Of a stretch of DNA of 64,000 bases, positions 62,125 through 64,000 are shown piece by piece. The stretch is from Mobula hypostoma. Taxonomy: Eukaryota. The position numbers and the translations under genes were made by a program. Every line of letters starts with the position of its first letter. Position 1 is the first letter of the stretch. The stretch lies in contig NC_086104.1 in assembly GCF_963921235.1 (NCBI RefSeq), forward strand, positions 115,072,001 through 115,136,000, given 5' to 3'. Below the pieces are notes generated by a model. The model saw only the letters and a program-made list of their open reading frames with translations, made no database searches and was not told where the DNA came from.

Positions 62125-64000
62125 GCAAACACGAGGAAATCTGCAGATGCTGGAATTTCAAACAACACACATAAAAGTTGATGGTGAACGCAGCAGGCCA
62201 GGCAGCAGCTCCAGGAAGAGGTACAGTCGACGTTTCGGGCCGAGACCCTTCGTCAGGACTAACTGAAAGAAAAGCTAGTAAGAGATTTGGAAGTGGGAGG
62301 GGGAGGGGGAGATCCGAAATGATAGGAGAAGACAGGAGGGGGAGGGATGGAGCCAAGAGCTGGACAGGTGATTGGCAAAAGGGATATGAGAGGATCATGG
62401 AACAGGAGGCCTAGGGAGAAAGAAAAGGGGGAGGGGAGGAAGCCCAGAGGATGGGCAAGGGGTATATTCAGAGGGACAGAGGGAGAAAGAGGAGACAGAG
62501 AGAAAAAGAATGTGTGTATATAAATAAATAATGGATGGGGTACGAGAGGAGGTGGGGCATTAGTGGAAGTTAGAGAAGTCAATGTTCATGCCATCAGGTT
62601 GGATGCTATCCAGACGGAATATAAGGTGTTGTTCCTCCAACCTGAGTGTGGCTTCACCTTTACAGTAGAGAAGGCCATGGATAGACATATCAGAATGGGA
62701 ATGGGACGTGGAATTAAAATGTGTGGCCACTGGGAGATCCTGCTTTCTCTTTCGTAGGTGTTCAGCGAAATAATCTCCCAGTCTGCGTCGGGTCTATCTC
62801 TGGAGACAGCTTATCTACTGATGTCTATTATAAGCCTACTGACTCTCACAGCTATCTGGACTATTCCTCTTCTCACCCTGTCTCTTGCAAAAATGCCATC
62901 CCCTTCTCGCAATTCCTCCGTCTCTGCCGCATCTGCTCTCAGGATGAGGCTTTTCATTCCAGGACGAAGGAGATGTCCTCCTTTTTTAAAGAAAGGGGCT
63001 TCCCTTCCTCCACCATCAACTCTGCTCTCAAATGCATCTCCCCCATTTCACGCACTCTGCTCTTACCCCATCCTCCCGCCACCCCACTAGGAATAGGGTT
63101 CCCCTTGTCCTCACCTACCACCCCACCAGCCTCCGGGTCCAACATGTAATTCTCCGTAACTTCCGCCACCTCCAACAGGATCCCACCACTAAGCACATCT
63201 TTCCCTCCACCCCCACCCGGCTTTCCGCAGGGATCACTCCCTACGCGACTTCCTTGTCCATTCATCCCCCCCATCCCACCCCACCGATCTCCTTCCTGGC
63301 ACTTATCCTTGTAAGCGGAACAAGTGCTACACATGCCCTTACACTTCCTCCCTCACTACCATTCAGGGCCCCAGACAGTCCTTCCAGGTGAAGCGACACT
63401 TCACCTGTGAGTCGACTGGGGTGATATACTGCGTCTGGTGCTCCCGGTGCGGCCTTCTATATATTGGCGAGACCTGACGCAGACTGGGAGATCATTCCAC
63501 TGAACACCTACGCTCTGTCCGCCAGAGAAAGCAGGATCTCCCAGTGGCCACACATTTTAATTCCACGTCCCATTCCCATTCTGATATGTCTATCCATGGC
63601 CTCCTCTACTGTAAAGATGAAGCCACACTCAGGTTGGAGGAACAACACCTTATATTCCATCTAGGTAACCTCCAACCTGATGGTATGAAAATTGACTTCT
63701 CAAACTTCTGCTAATGCCCCACCTCCCCCTCGTATGCCATCCGTTATTTATTTATATACACACATTCTTTTTCTCTCTCTCCTTTTTCTCCCTCTGTCCC
63801 TCTCACTATACCCCTTGCCCATCCTCTGGGCTTCCCCCCCCCTTTTCTTTCTCTCTAGGCCTCCTGTCCCATGATCCTCTCATATCCTTTTTGCCAATCA
63901 ACTGTCCAGTTTTTGGCTCCATCCCTCCCCCTCCTGTCTTCTCCTATCATTTCGGATCTCCCCCTCCCACTCCCACTTTCAAATCTCTTACTAGCTCTTG
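62125..64000 (+). mobile_element. Penelope-like element with inverted 5' pseudo-LTR (62125-62752, minus) and RT end/GIY-YIG (62753-64000, plus)
   Basis: DVYYKPTDSH, CKNAIPFSQFLRL and LYIGET motifs. 62270-62752 is the reverse complement of ~63524-64000. Confidence 0.85.
62225..62260 (-). ncRNA. Penelope-type minimal type I hammerhead ribozyme motif, intact core
   Basis: Minus strand AGUC-CUGACGA-A-GGGUCUCGGCCC-GAAAC-GUC^GACU: both core boxes, stem II GGG/CCC and stem I AGUC/GACU. Confidence 0.72.

Overview
This is vertebrate genomic DNA, most likely from a cartilaginous fish (ray or shark), inferred from the CR1, Penelope, V-SINE and Gypsy repertoire. The host-gene content is a tandem pair of Siglec-like Ig receptor genes on the + strand. 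One is represented only by its last two exons (976-1051, 1808-1918). The other is a complete six-exon, 335-aa gene (3827-30330): signal peptide, V-set with the sialic-acid-binding Arg, C2-set, uncharged TM, and a tyrosine-motif tail. Its 21.5-kb first intron is mostly a 27-bp minisatellite (about 585 units) with hierarchical higher-order structure, split by a truncated Gmr1-type LTR retrotransposon. The giant His/Cys-rich ORFs in the track are artefacts of this repeat. Downstream of 30.5 kb almost everything is transposon-derived. Two Gypsy relics have a functional motif amplified into a tandem repeat (integrase catalytic SDNGPQF x13; gag zinc knuckle x7). A four-level nest (Penelope > L1 > solo LTR > near-intact CR1) has readable target-site duplications, and several Penelope hammerhead ribozyme motifs are present. 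All calls were made by eye; no database searches were run.
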